A stretch of DNA of 63,914 bases, counting the filler, from Octopus bimaculoides (Eukaryota): NCBI RefSeq assembly GCF_001194135.2. It is 9 parts of 8 records of this genome, joined end to end, with 100 filler letters (N's around TTAATTAATTAA, not from the genome) between each part and the next. Parts side by side here need not be neighbours in the genome. Positions count along the whole stretch, not along the records: positions 39,231 to 56,434 come from NC_068987.1; 8 more parts are not named here. One strand, written 5' to 3'. Below are positions 40,146 to 52,548 of this stretch, piece by piece. The first letter of the stretch is position 1. Every line of letters begins with the position of its first letter. Under the pieces are notes generated by a model that ran no database searches, was not told the DNA's origin, and was given only the letters and a program-made list of their open reading frames with translations. The translations under genes and the position numbers were made by a program.

Positions 40146-40434
40146 ACTTTCACTAGCTCTATATCTGTTCTCTTACAACGTCATTCTATCGCTATTGGTG
40201 GCTTACTGCAAAGAGAACGTGTTCACAAAACTATACAAAGAAAAATTCTACAACATCTAACTTTCTTTCGCTTGCTCTCGGATTTTATAACCTGCCCGTC
40301 GAGGCAAGGCATTTTCAACGTAACGGTAAATAAATACTTTCTTAAAACTTCATGCATTGTTCATCTTTCACATCCTACAACATGCCGTTATAACAACAAA
40401 TTTTATCGTTACAACTGCTGACTCTGACATTTCA

Positions 40435-40491
<57 letters not shown>

Positions 40492-40655
40492 GTCTGCATG
40501 CATGAATGTATGTATGTATGTATGTATGTATGCATGCATGCATAAATGTATGTATGTATGTATGTATGTGTGTTTATGTATGTATGTGTGTGTGTATGTA
40601 TGTATGTATGTGTGTGTGTATGTATGTATTATGTATGTATGTATGTATGTATGTA

Positions 40656-42980
40656 AAAAGACATATAAAGAATATAAACCCACCTTACAACTTGAGCTGA
40701 GAAGGCTTAAAAATAAGTGGTGGTTGAAGATCTCTGAAGATATTCAAAGGGCTTATGACGCAAAGGATTTAAAACTAACTGTCTTTTGCGTGTCGTATAT
40801 GGTCCAACAACTTCGTGTATTGTTCCCATTAGATCCAAAGACAATACTGCAGTCATCAAGGAGTCAGAGAAAATCCTTAAACGTTGGCAAGAACATTTCA
40901 CCGATTTATTTGATAATCCATCATCAGTTGATCATGATGTGCTAGATGGCATCACCTAATGTGTTGTAAATTTCAAAATGGATCGATTACCAAATTATGA
41001 GGTTAAAATGGCCATCAACCAGTTAAACGTATGTAAGGCACCTGAATCAGATGGAATTCCTGTGGAACTGTTAAAGGTTGATAATAAGAACATAACACAA
41101 ACAATATTTAATCTCATCACAGAGTGCTGGGATGGAGCTCCTGTACCACAAGATTGGATAGATAATATCTTAGTGACCTTGTTTAAAGGCAATGGGGATA
41201 AAGGAATCTGCGATCATTATCGTAGCATCACTTGTTCGAATCTGCGGACAAAGTACTTGTTAGATAATTGTTGAACAGGTTGATGGAGGACATTTATCCG
41301 ACAGTAATCCCTGAATCACAAAAAATCTGGCAGAGGGACGATTGATATGATCTCTGCAAGGCAAACTCAGGAGAAATGTATTGAGCAGCGAGTTCCTCTG
41401 TATCAGGGTTTTTGTTGATCTGATAAAGGCCTTTGATACGGTGAACTGAAATGCACTGTGGAAAATATTAGGGAAAATAGGGTGCCCACCAAAGTTTATT
41501 GATATGTTCGTTCGACTGCACAGAAATATGAAGGCTCGGGTTGTCTTGAATGGAAATTGTCCAATGAAATCCCAGTTGATACACGCTGTTCTCAATATTT
41601 TCTGCTGTGATACTGACTCATGCATTCCAGGACTGTACAAAGGGTATTCTATTGGAAATTAGAACTACAGGAAGGATCTTTGACCTATTGATCAATTTCA
41701 AATCCAAGGTGTTCCAAATATTAATTAGAGAACTCTTGTATGCAGACGATGTTGACCTTTTGGCTCACTCTCAGGATGACATGCAACACATCATGAATTG
41801 TTTTGCAGTATCTTTTAATGCCTTCGGTATGGAAATTAATTTAAAAAAAAACCAAGGTGATGTTCACCCCATCACCAGGGGAAGTATATATCGAGCCAAA
41901 TGTAATGGTGCATGAAACTAGGTTGAGTGTAGTTGACACTTTTGTTTACCTGGGTAGTACATTATCAAGGGATGATTCACTGGATGCAGAAATACACCTG
42001 CGCATTCAGAAGGCCTTTGGAAAATTAGAAAAGTGTGTGGGCAGATCATGGCGTCAATATCAAGACCAAGATTAGTGTGTACAAGGTCTGCGTTCTAAGT
42101 GCTCTGCTGTACTCTTAGGAAACGTAGATAATACATCGTATGCGCCTTAATTTTCTTGAACATTTTTACCAGAAGTGTTTAAGAAGAATCCTAAACATCA
42201 AATGGCAACCGGAAATACCTGACACACAAATTCTTATAGATGCTGGCTGCACGAGCATTGAATCTACCATCATATCGTCTCAAATACATTGGGTAGACCA
42301 TGTTCTGCGCATGAATGAGGAAACACTCAAAACAACTATTTTACAGTCAATTTCACACTGGGAAACGCCCTCATCACAAAACAAGAATAAGATATGAAGA
42401 TTGCATTAAAAACAACCTTAAAGATTTTCAGCTTGAAGATTAAAACTGGGAAGTGCTTGCTTTAAAGATGGGTAATTGGAGAGGATATGTGAAGGAAGGC
42501 TGCAGAATGTTTGAAGAGAGACGTCTTGATCATGGAAAACTTAAACATCAGCTTCGAAAAGGCCACAGTATGAACATCAATAAGAACATAATGAGCTGGA
42601 TTTGTGACTTGTGTGGTCGTCTACTGCTCTCTAAATCTGGGTATGTCACTCATTTAAAATCACATAAAATGCCAACTGTATGCAGCTCTATCCCTCCAAT
42701 GCTAGGTGAGACAACATGTGTGGTAAAAAGATCTGCAAATCAATATCTGGTCTTAAAACGCATATAAGGGTACATAAGAATGACATCCCACAAATTGACC
42801 CAATAAATCTAATAGAGGGCACATCTTTTGTCTGTCACGCTTGCTGCAGACCGTGCGAATCTAATGTTGGACTTAAAAAAACACCTTAAGGGTCATGGAC
42901 GGACTTTTGGAGCTGATGATGTTTGATGGGGCTACATGGGGACACGGCAATCATCTGCAAAGATGAAGCAATCACCATAT
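40656..42980 (+). mobile_element. 5'-truncated RTE-clade (BovB-like) LINE, frameshifted RT with three C-terminal C2H2 fingers
   Basis: KAPESDGIPVEL, VPQDW, YRSIT, DLIKAFDTVN, ELLYADD, FVYLGSTLS, CLRRILNIKW. Fingers at 42603-42665, 42717-42775 and 42833-42896. Tail is (TATG)n. Confidence 0.9.
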
Positions 42981-43044
42981 GCATGCATGTATGTATGTAT
43001 GTATGTATGTATGTATGTATACAATCGGTCAGTAAGTAGTTCAT

Positions 43045-43460
43045 AGATTTGCAAAGAGCACACTCGGGGAACCTAGAGAGGCGCAAATTTACGTCCTTGG
43101 CCAACTGCATATGGCATTTAAAAGACGAGGAAAGACCATGCACCATTTTTCTGAAACAGCCTCGACCATACTCCAACGGGAGCAGACGATGCAAACTTTG
43201 CTTGACCGAGAGGTCAAGGATCTTCAAAAATTTGCTTGACTCGGGGGCCTCCTTAAATTCCAAAAGTGAGATGTTTAACCGGTGCCCACATGAGAGAAAC
43301 AGTTATATTGAAGACATGGAATTTCTCGCTTGCTGACGAGTGAACGGAAATCGTACATAAACTGACCCTTTTAGGAGACAACTGGAACCGATCAAAGAGA
43401 GATAACTCTATTACGCCCCGAAGGGGTTTTGCTTCGAAGAATTTCGTTTTTTTTCCCACA
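43045..43460 (+). mobile_element. Penelope-like element 3' fragment (GIY-YIG C-terminus, Neptune-like signature)
   Basis: TSLANCIWHLK...PYSNGSRRCKLCLTE.SRI...LNSKSEMFNRCPH matches the PLE motif T.LS..IW.LK...Y......C.LCL.EK..I...LN.RSE....CRH. Confidence 0.75.
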
Positions 43461-44432
43461 ACCTTACCATGAGTGTATTCTTAGCCCCATTAGTAAATTG
43501 GTTACGTGCCTCCAAGCAGTAGATCTATGGTGTCTCCTATATTGATAAGAACAATAGTAGATCGATAATGGTAAATTCCTGGCCGGCTATATGTAACGAT
43601 TACTTTAAATGTATATCCAAGTAACAGATTTTTATTTATTTCTATTATCGTAGGTGCATTGTGTTTTATAAAACAGATTTGCATAAATGCCAATAATCCT
43701 GCTGCATAATTTATTTCATTTGTAGATATGTAATGGCACCAGACTAATATTTAAGAAGCTTATACAACATGTATCCGCTTAGCTTTGCCAATTTTGCTAA
43801 ATATTTAAGTTTGTCCCCACTGTCGAAGCGTTGCTTTTGACTTCTAATAATATGATTATACTGATATTACTTTGCAGAGCTTTTGTAGCCATACTTACTG
43901 TTGCAATGAGTGGTTTGAGCGTTTTAGTCTACATCAGTGCTTGCCTCCCTTTCTGTTTCGATTCGTCAACTTGTATTATAGTATTATCAAATCTACCTCC
44001 TCAATTAAGGCTGTTACATCTCTGTATGTAACACGCTTGGTGTTTTTGCGAAGCTGAAACATTTCTTACTGTTTCCTCAAAAATACGTAATTGGGTTTTG
44101 CAGGTGTTGACAACTGCTTTCATTTAGAATATATATATAATAGCAGAAAGACCGCCCTCCGCGCGGTTTTCTGCTAGACCGTTGATAATATTTTCACATT
44201 TGATTCCCAATTCTAATAATTTTTATATTTTACGTCTAATTATTTCATTGTATAAAAGTGCTCACTGGCTTAGTAAATATTACTTTCATTATTTTATCAC
44301 AGTTATAATCTCTCACTTTTAAGCTAACATCACGGTAGTCCAAGAACAGAGGGAGAACAATTTGTCAAGTTTTACCTTCCCCTAAAAGCAACATAGAGAT
44401 TACAATTCAGTAGCCCATCTGCAAGCTTTGCA

Positions 44433-44472
<40 letters not shown>

Positions 44473-44935
44473 TAGAGGGGGGCTGGGAGAGAACATTGCA
44501 AATAATGAATGAAATAAACATGAAATGAAAAAAATCGTATAAATAAAAGGGCATTACTACAGATGTGTACGCCCCCGACTTTGCTGCCTCTTAACATCCA
44601 GAAAAATGGATACTTTTTAATAGAATTTTCTATAAATACCGCTTAGATGTTGTAGCTTCAGAGTATATAGGGATNNNNNNNNNNAGATTTGAGCGAAATC
44701 CGTTGAAATTGGTTTGGTTGAAAATGGTTTGCTGGCAATTTGATTGGGAAATCCCATAAGGAATCAGTTTATTGGTTATTTCCACTCATTGACTGTGTTT
44801 TTTTAAAAGTTGCATTAGAGATCTGCATAGGAAAGGGTTGATCTGAAGGTTTGCACTGGGGATGTGAATTGGAGTAACTTAATAAAACTTACCAACAGCC
44901 TTAACCAAAAAATAAGGGGTCTGTCCCTTCTAGGT

Positions 44936-45072
44936 TAACTCTAACCCTAAACCCTAACCCTAACCCTGACCCTAAAACCGTAACCCTAACACCAACCCTA
45001 ATCCTAACCCTAACCCTAACACTAACCTTAACCCTAATCCTAACCCTCACCCTAAAACCCTAACCGTAACAC
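44936..45072 (+). repeat. degenerate interstitial (CCCTAA)n telomere-like array
   Basis: About 20 units of CCCTAA and variants (CCTAA, CCGTAA, CACTAA, CCCTGA). Confidence 0.85.
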
Positions 45073-46565
45073 CCTTGTGGAAATCGTGCGGGTGTTAATC
45101 TGAAAAATTACCAAACCCTTTTTGTGGTCCGAAAAACGGGTTGGGGGGGATTGACAAATTGTTACATTTTTGTTTCATAGTTGTGAAATATAAACAAAAC
45201 TCTTTCGCTCCCAAAATAGTATATGTGCGTATGTGTGAGAGTGAGAGGTGGGAGAAAGATGAACGATTTAAAACAAATAAATGATTTAAAATAAATATAT
45301 TTGAATTGTTGTGTGAGAAAGTATATATAATCTCATTATAGAATATAGTGTCTTTCAAAAACATCGTATATTTTAANNNNNNNNNNNNNNNNNNNNNNNN
45401 NNNNNNNNNNNNNNNNNNNNNNNNNNNNNNNNNNNNNNNNNNNNNNNNNNNNNNNNNNNNNNNNNNNNNNNNNNNNNNNNNNNNNNNNNNNNNNNNNNNN
45501 NNNNNNNNNNNNNNNNNNNNNNNNNNNNNNNNNNNNNNNNNNNNNNNNNNNNNNNNNNNNNNNNNNNNNNNNNNNNNNNNNNNNNNNNNNNNNNNNNNNN
45601 NNNNNNNNNNNNNNNNNNNNNNNNNNNNNNNNNNNNNNNNNNNNNNNNNNNNNNNNNNNNNNNNNNNNNNNNNNNNNNNNNNNNNNNNNNNNNNNNNNNN
45701 NNNNNNNNNNNNNNNNNNNNNNNNNNNNNNNNNNNNNNNNNNNNNNNNNNNNNNNNNNNNNNNNNNNNNNNNNNNNNNNNNNNNNNNNNNNNNNNNNNNN
45801 NNNNNNNNNNNNNNNNNNNNNNNNNNNNNNNNNNNNNNNNNNNNNNNNNNNNNNNNNNNNNNNNNNNNNNNNNNNNNNNNNNNNNNNNNNNNNNNNNNNN
45901 NNNNNNNNNNNNNNNNNNNNNNNNNNNNNNNNNNNNNNNNNNNNNNNNNNNNNNNNNNNNNNNNNNNNNNNNNNNNNNNNNNNNNNNNNNNNNNNNNNNN
46001 NNNNNNNNNNNNNNNNNNNNNNNNNNNNNNNNNNNNNNNNNNNNNNNNNNNNNNNNNNNNNNNNNNNNNNNNNNNNNNNNNNNNNNNNNNNNNNNNNNNN
46101 NNNNNNNNNNNNNNNNNNNNNNNNNNNNNNNNNNNNNNNNNNNNNNNNNNNNNNNNNNNNNNNNNNNNNNNNNNNNNNNNNNNNNNNNNNNNNNNNNNNN
46201 NNNNNNNNNNNNNNNNNNNNNNNNNNNNNNNNNNNNNNNNNNNNNNNNNNNNNNNNNNNNNNNNNNNNNNNNNNNNNNNNGGGGCATCTGTGTATGAAAA
46301 AAAAAAAAGTTTTGAAATGCCGCTTCCCTCACCATCCCACTTCGGACCTACTTTGGCCAATTTTTTTGTACTTCAAAACCATTGGAAGAGCATTTTCGGT
46401 AAAAATAATTTTTTAAAAATTCTTAATATTTTCAGAGGGAAAAGTGTGATTTAAGGGCGATTTGGCTGTTGTTTCTAGCACAATCAAAGATAACCCTCCT
46501 CGTTTCTTTATCACTCTTGCATGTATTGATGTTTTTCACTATTTTTCACCATAAATACAATTATT

Positions 46566-46995
46566 CTTATATTCTTTTACTTATTTCAGTCATTTGACTG
46601 CGGCCATGCTGGAGCACTGTCTTCAGTCGAGCAAATCGACTTATTCTATCGGCCTCTTTTGCCGAACCGCTAAGTTACGGGGACGTAAACACACCAGCAT
46701 CGGTTGTCAAACGATGTTGGGAGGGGACACACATACACACACACACACACAAACAACACACACACATACGCACACACACACATATACACGCACGCACACA
46801 CATACACACACACATATATATATACATACATATGACGAGTGTCTTTCAGTTTCCGTCTACCAAATCCACTCACAAGGCTTTAGTCGGCCCGAAACTATAG
46901 TAGAAGACACTTGCCCAAGGTGCCACGTAGAGGGACTGAACCCGGAACTATGTGGTTGGTAAGCAAGCTACTTACCACACAGCCACTGCTGCGAC
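46566..46995 (-). mobile_element. SINE family A, full length
   Basis: Matches 742-1153. Confidence 0.88.
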
Positions 46996-47109
46996 TATAT
47001 ACTATAAAAAAGAAAATTTGAGAAATTGAAAATTTTTTGCAACCCCACTCTCTGCCTCGATTGTGTCTGTTTAAAAATTAAAATATTGAAGAGCCCGAGA
47101 AGGTCATTG

Positions 47110-47745
47110 CTGGCATTTATCCACAGTGATAAAAAAAAAATTACGGAGGTGTACTTGGAAATTCCGCTGAAGTCGACTTTGCCTTTCATCATTTCGGGGT
47201 CGATAAATTAAGTACCAGTTGCGTACAGGGTTCGATCTAATCGACTGGCCTCCTACACAAACATTTCGGGCCTTGCGTCAAAATCTGAAATCACTATTAT
47301 ATTTTTCATTGAGGCGACAAGCTCGCATAATCGTTTGCACGCCGGACGAAATGTTTAACGGCATTTCTTCTGTCTTTATGTTCTGAGTTCGAATTTCCGC
47401 CGCGGTCGACTTTGCTTTTCGTTCTTTCGGGGTCGATAAAATAAATATCAGTTGAGTACTGGGGTGGATGTAATCGACGTATCCCCTTCTCCACAAAATT
47501 TCTGGCCTTGTGCCAAAATTTGAAACCAAAATTATGTCTTTAAGGCAACAATCTGTCAAAATCTTTAGCATGCCGAGCGGAATAATTAACTGCATTTCTT
47601 CTGTCTTTACGTGCCGAGTTCAAATTCTGCCACTACGCCTTTCATTCTCAATAAATTTAATTGCCAGTAAAGTACTGGGTTTGAGTAATCGACTTACCCG
47701 CTCCCTCGAAATTGCTGGCCTTGTTCTGAAACTTGAAACTAATAT
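47110..47745 (+). mobile_element. three head-to-tail SINE family B copies
   Basis: The repeat units gtcgactttgc.tt.c.t..tttcggggtcgataaa and tggccttgt.c..aaa.ttgaaac recur at ~200-240 bp spacing. Confidence 0.8.
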
Positions 47746-48074
47746 TATATTTTTGTCTTTTTTGTTAGAATTGTAGAGCCAGTTACAAACAGAAGTAGCA
47801 GAAATTTAACAAAATAACTGATCTGTCAAGCCATGCTCGGCGTATTAAATACGGCAAAGGTCAAATCGAAGCTTATATTAGGGAAAGGGTGATGGTGGTA
47901 GTGCTGGTCGGTGTCAATTTACTAATTTGCAGCTGTCAGAGTGAGAAATCATTATCTTTTTTAACAATCTTTTACGTTCTAGACTCCAATATCACTGGGC
48001 TCAACTTTGCCTTCTGTAGTTAATAAAATTACTATTCGATTATAACCTGAAAATATACTTTGTATTTGCATTAC

Positions 48075-48465
48075 ATATGCGCAGTTATGGCTATGTTGTT
48101 CAAATACTCGCTTTGCAACTATGTGGTTTTGCGTAGCCCTAAACAGACCAGTGTCTTGTGAACTTAGCGGTTCGGCAAAGTGATTCGACCGAATAAGCAC
48201 CTCACTTAAAAATAAGTACTAGGGTCGATTTGTTTGTCTAAAACCTTCTTGCATAACATATGTGCAGCCATGGCTGTGTTGTTCAGATGCTCGCTTTGCA
48301 ACTATGTGGTTTCGCAGAACCCCGGGATGACCCGTGCCTTGTGAATCTAGCGGTTCGGCCAAAAGTTTCGATAAAATAAGTACCTGACTTTAAAATAAGT
48401 ACTAATGTCAATTTGTTCGACTAAACCTTTCAAGGCGGTACCCCAGTATGGCCACAGCCCATGCC
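48075..48465 (+). repeat. tandem pair (~185 bp) of an internally deleted SINE A derivative
   Basis: Both units read atatg.gcag..atggct.tgttgttca.at.ctcgctttgcaactatgtggttt...cttgtgaa..tagcggttcggc. Confidence 0.75.
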
Positions 48466-48559
48466 AGGGGTACTACCTTGAAGATAACGATTAAAGATAA
48501 CGTTGAGTCAATAAAATCGCTTAAGGATTCTTAAAATATTTTCATAATGTGTTGAGGAA

Positions 48560-48955
48560 TTTTCTTTTACTTCTCTCAGTCATTAGACTACGGCCAAGCT
48601 GGGGCACCGCCTTGAAGAATTTGTAGTCGAATGTACCGATCCCAGTACTTATTTTTTAAAGCCTGGTACTTATTCTATCAATCAATTTTGCCGAACCAAG
48701 CTTAAAGTTACGGGGACGTAAACACACCAGCTCCGTTTGTCAAGCGGTGGGTGGAGGACACACACACACATACTCTTTTATTTGTTTCAGTCCTTTGACT
48801 GCGGCCATGCATTATTATATACGACTGGCTTCTTTCAGTTTCTATCTACCAAATCCATTCACAAGACTTTGGTCAGCCTGGGGCTATAGTAGAAGACACT
48901 TGCCCAATGTGTCACGCAAAGGGACTGAACCTTGAACCATGTGGTTGGGAAACAA
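48560..48955 (-). mobile_element. SINE family A with nested duplicated tail start
   Basis: Tail at 48560-48750, second tail start at 48772-48810, then body and head. Confidence 0.75.
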
Positions 48956-49376
48956 AAACGAAAAATAACAAGTTTTCATTTACAATAATAAAAAACGTGA
49001 ATAATATTCACACACGATTCCATAATTATCCACACGTGAGCAATAATGGAATATAGCACTAGCTGTTAGTAAGCTGACAAACTTGAAGATAGCTAATGTG
49101 AGGCTGACTACTGACAACTGGGATGTCTGGCTGACTGTTAAGCTTAAAGATTACCTTCATTCATTATTGTTACATTCATTGTGACATTTATCTGAAAGTG
49201 TAACCACAACCTTTAAGCACAAAACTAATTAAGAACAAAAATGGTTATGAGGCAAATAGGCTAGTATGCATGGGCGATTGCTGTTCTTCCATAAACAACC
49301 TGACCTGGACTTGTGCCTCGGAGGGGAACTTTCTAGATGCAATCCCATGGTTCTTCATGACCGAATGGAGTCCTTT

Positions 49377-49435
<59 letters not shown>

Positions 49436-49512
49436 GGTAAAGTAAAATTTAGAGGTAATACTTGACAATTGTAAGCACCTGTGTATGCCAGCTCGTGGTT
49501 GAGGTGAAAGAA

Positions 49513-49601
49513 TAAATTGTAAATCCAAAAAATAAAAACAAAGATACAAAGGATTCTGAGTCCTTTGTATTTTTGTTGTTATTTTTGGGATTTACAATTT
49601 A
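49513..49601. repeat. 89-bp near-perfect inverted repeat (41-bp arms, 3 mismatches, 7-nt loop)
   Basis: taaattgtaaatccaaaaaataaaaacaaagatacaaagga-ttctgag-tcctttgtatttttgttgttatttttgggatttacaattta. Confidence 0.9.
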
Positions 49602-49619
49602 TATATATATATATATATA

Positions 49620-50983
49620 TGTTAGGGACGACCGTGCGAACTCATAAAAGGAGAAATGGTGACGAATGGAAAAACAGGACTCCTTTTATTTAAACGGGTC
49701 ACACGGTCGAACATACAAATAGATATATCAAATGATGATATAGATGATATGTTATACGTCGATAACATAGATGACCAGTAATGAAAGACCACAACCGTAT
49801 AAGATGAATAACAGAAATATTTATTGTAGCGTTAAAGATGTATGTCTGTGTGAGAGTGTAAATGCGACATATAAGAACATAATCAAAGACAGGCCGTCGT
49901 ACAAAGAAAAGTGTGTATGTGAGTGATACATGTGTGTGTATGTTATTACAGCAGAGAGAAAGAGAGTCAATAACACGTGGACAATTATACCAGATCGTTA
50001 GTACACTATAGGAAAAGTTCTGTATGTGAAAGTGAGTAGAGGCTGAGTTTGGCAGNNNNNNNNNNNNNNNNNNNNNNNNNNNNNNNNNNNNNNNNNNNNN
50101 NNNNNNNNNNNNNNNNNNNNNNNNNNNNNNNNNNNNNNNNNNNNNNNNNNNNNNNNNNNNNNNNNNNNNNNNNNNNNNNNNNNNNNNNNNNNNNNNNNNN
50201 NNNNNNNNNNNNNNNNNNNNNNNNNNNNNNNNNNNNNNNNNNNNNNNNNNNNNNNNNNNNNNNNNNNNNNNNNNNNNNNNNNNNNNNNNNNNNNNNNNNN
50301 NNNNNNNNNNNNNNNNNNNNNNNNNNNNNNNNNNNNNNNNNNNNNNNNNNNNNNNNNNNNNNNNNNNNNNNNNNNNNNNNNNNNNNNNNNNNNNNNNNNN
50401 NNNNNNNNNNNNNNNNNNNNNNNNNNNNNNNNNNNNNNNNNNNNNNNNNNNNNNNNNNNNNNNNNNNNNNNNNNNNNNNNNNNNNNNNNNNNNNNNNNNN
50501 NNNNNNNNNNNNNNNNNNNNNNNNNNNNNNNNNNNNNNNNNNNNNNNNNNNNNNNNNNNNNNNNNNNNNNNNNNNNNNNNNNNNNNNNNNNNNNNNNNNN
50601 NNNNNNNNNNNNNNNNNNNNNNNNNNNNNNNNNNNNNNNNNNNNNNNNNNNNNNNNNNNNNNNNNNNNNNNNNNNNNNNNTCAAAGAGAAACTGGACTGA
50701 GACAAATTATTGGGTATGAGTTGATCTATATATAGCGTTAAGAGGGCTCCAAATGCCTTTAGAATTTTACTCCATCACGTGACCTTATTAGGGGCCGTGA
50801 TTGGTCAGTTTGCGTTCTGGCGGGAACGGTTCGAAGAAGTTGCCGATTCGAATAATGATCAGTCACGTGATGGACAAGGAATGGGTTCTCTACTACGCTC
50901 GCATTTATTTATATTTAAATGAGAAGATTGTATGTAATGGCGATAGTAGTTTGTATCTAATGGCGGGAGGTAGTTTCACTACA
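49620..50983 (-). mobile_element. candidate solo LTR inserted in a (TA)n tract (central gap)
   Basis: Minus strand runs TGTAGTGAAAC...GTCCCTAACA. It carries E-boxes TCACGTGA (50775, 50863), CCAAT (50800-50804), TATA (50726-50735) and AATAAA (49820-49825) in U3-R-U5 order. Confidence 0.65.
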
Positions 50984-51129
50984 TATATATATATATATAT
51001 ATATGTATAATTAAAATTTAGGGTTCAGCAGGCATTGCTTCACCACACATAAAAAAATAGAAATAGCAGCCAAAACTACTATTTCTCTACCAAAATACGA
51101 CTCCAAAACGGCAACACACACACACACAC

Positions 51130-51400
51130 CCTCTGAGGCACAAGCCCGGGCAAGATTGCTTATGAAAGAACAGCAACCAGCCATGCATACTAGCCTCCTC
51201 TCTCCACGCGACTGATGTCATCGAAAAGAAAGGCAAAGGCCGATATAGCTTAGCACCAGTGACGTCGCAACTTATTTCTACAGTTGAGCGAACTAGAGCA
51301 ACGTGAAATAAAGTATTGCTCAAGAACACAACACGCAACCCGGTCTGGGAATCGAAATCACTACTTCGTGATTGTGAGGCCAACGCTGAGTCATGCGCCT
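51130..51400 (-). mobile_element. SINE with family C-like head, family D body and a third tail type
   Basis: The head cccggtctgggaatcgaaa resembles family C. The tail matches 49255-49330. Confidence 0.65.
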
Positions 51401-51403
51401 TCA

Positions 51404-51461
<58 letters not shown>

Positions 51462-51544
51462 ACACACACTCACACGTGTGTGTTTGTATGTGTGTGTGTG
51501 TGTGCGTGTGTGTGTTCGCACATGCTCTTAACTATGCACAAAAT

Positions 51545-51790
51545 ATTCTCGTCTACTCTAGGCACAAGGCCCGAAGTTGTTGGGGAGGGGGCCAGTCGAT
51601 TAGACCGATCCAGTACTCAACTGGTACTTAATTTATCGACCCCGATAAAAAAAGAGGAAGAGTCCATAAGGATGAACGGCAAAGTCGACGTCTGCGGAAT
51701 TTGAACTCAGAACGTAAAGACAGACAAAATACCAATAAGCATTTCGCCTGGCGTGCTAACGCTTCTGCCAGCTCGCTGCCACCATGCGCA
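51545..51790 (-). mobile_element. SINE family B, full length
   Basis: ctaggcacaaggcc...atttatcgacccc...gcggaatttgaactcagaacgtaaagacagac...tctgccagctcgc. Confidence 0.8.
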
Positions 51791-52291
51791 AAATACGAGA
51801 ACAAACTGTTTTTAAATTTCCTAACTTTTGACATTCAGCTTTTTAAATCTTATATGTTGGACATACACATCGAAAGCAGTAATATTTTACAAAAGTTACC
51901 CAATGTAGCAAATATAAAACAATTTTCAAACATACTTTCGTGCTGTTTTCACCTTTACCTTTTATATAAGTCTTGATTTGTATGTATTCTTAACTCCTTC
52001 TCAACTATAAGGAGACTTACATAAGAATTGCAAAGGTAGGGTAATATTGTAATATGATATGACGAAAATTCCTACCACTATTAAGCTGTTATTGCCAGCA
52101 CACACACACACACATACACACACATACTCACACACGCACACACATACACAAACACACACACACACCCAAACACACACACACATACAAAAATATCACAAAA
52201 AGCACACACACACAACTCTGTACACACACACACACACACTCACAAAAGAAAACATTGCAAAAACACTCACACACACGCACATCCACACATT

Positions 52292-52327
<36 letters not shown>

Positions 52328-52505
52328 TATACAGCTGGTTACTCCATACACATACACACAAATGGTGACACTCAAAAGACTACAACTAATCCAAAGAAAA
52401 ATCCTAATTCTTTCTTCAGCAAGACAGTCTTCACAACATACACACTTATTAACACACAGCTGATCAGTTTCCAAACATACTGAAAGGACAGTCAACACAA
52501 CGCAC

Positions 52506-52548
<43 letters not shown>

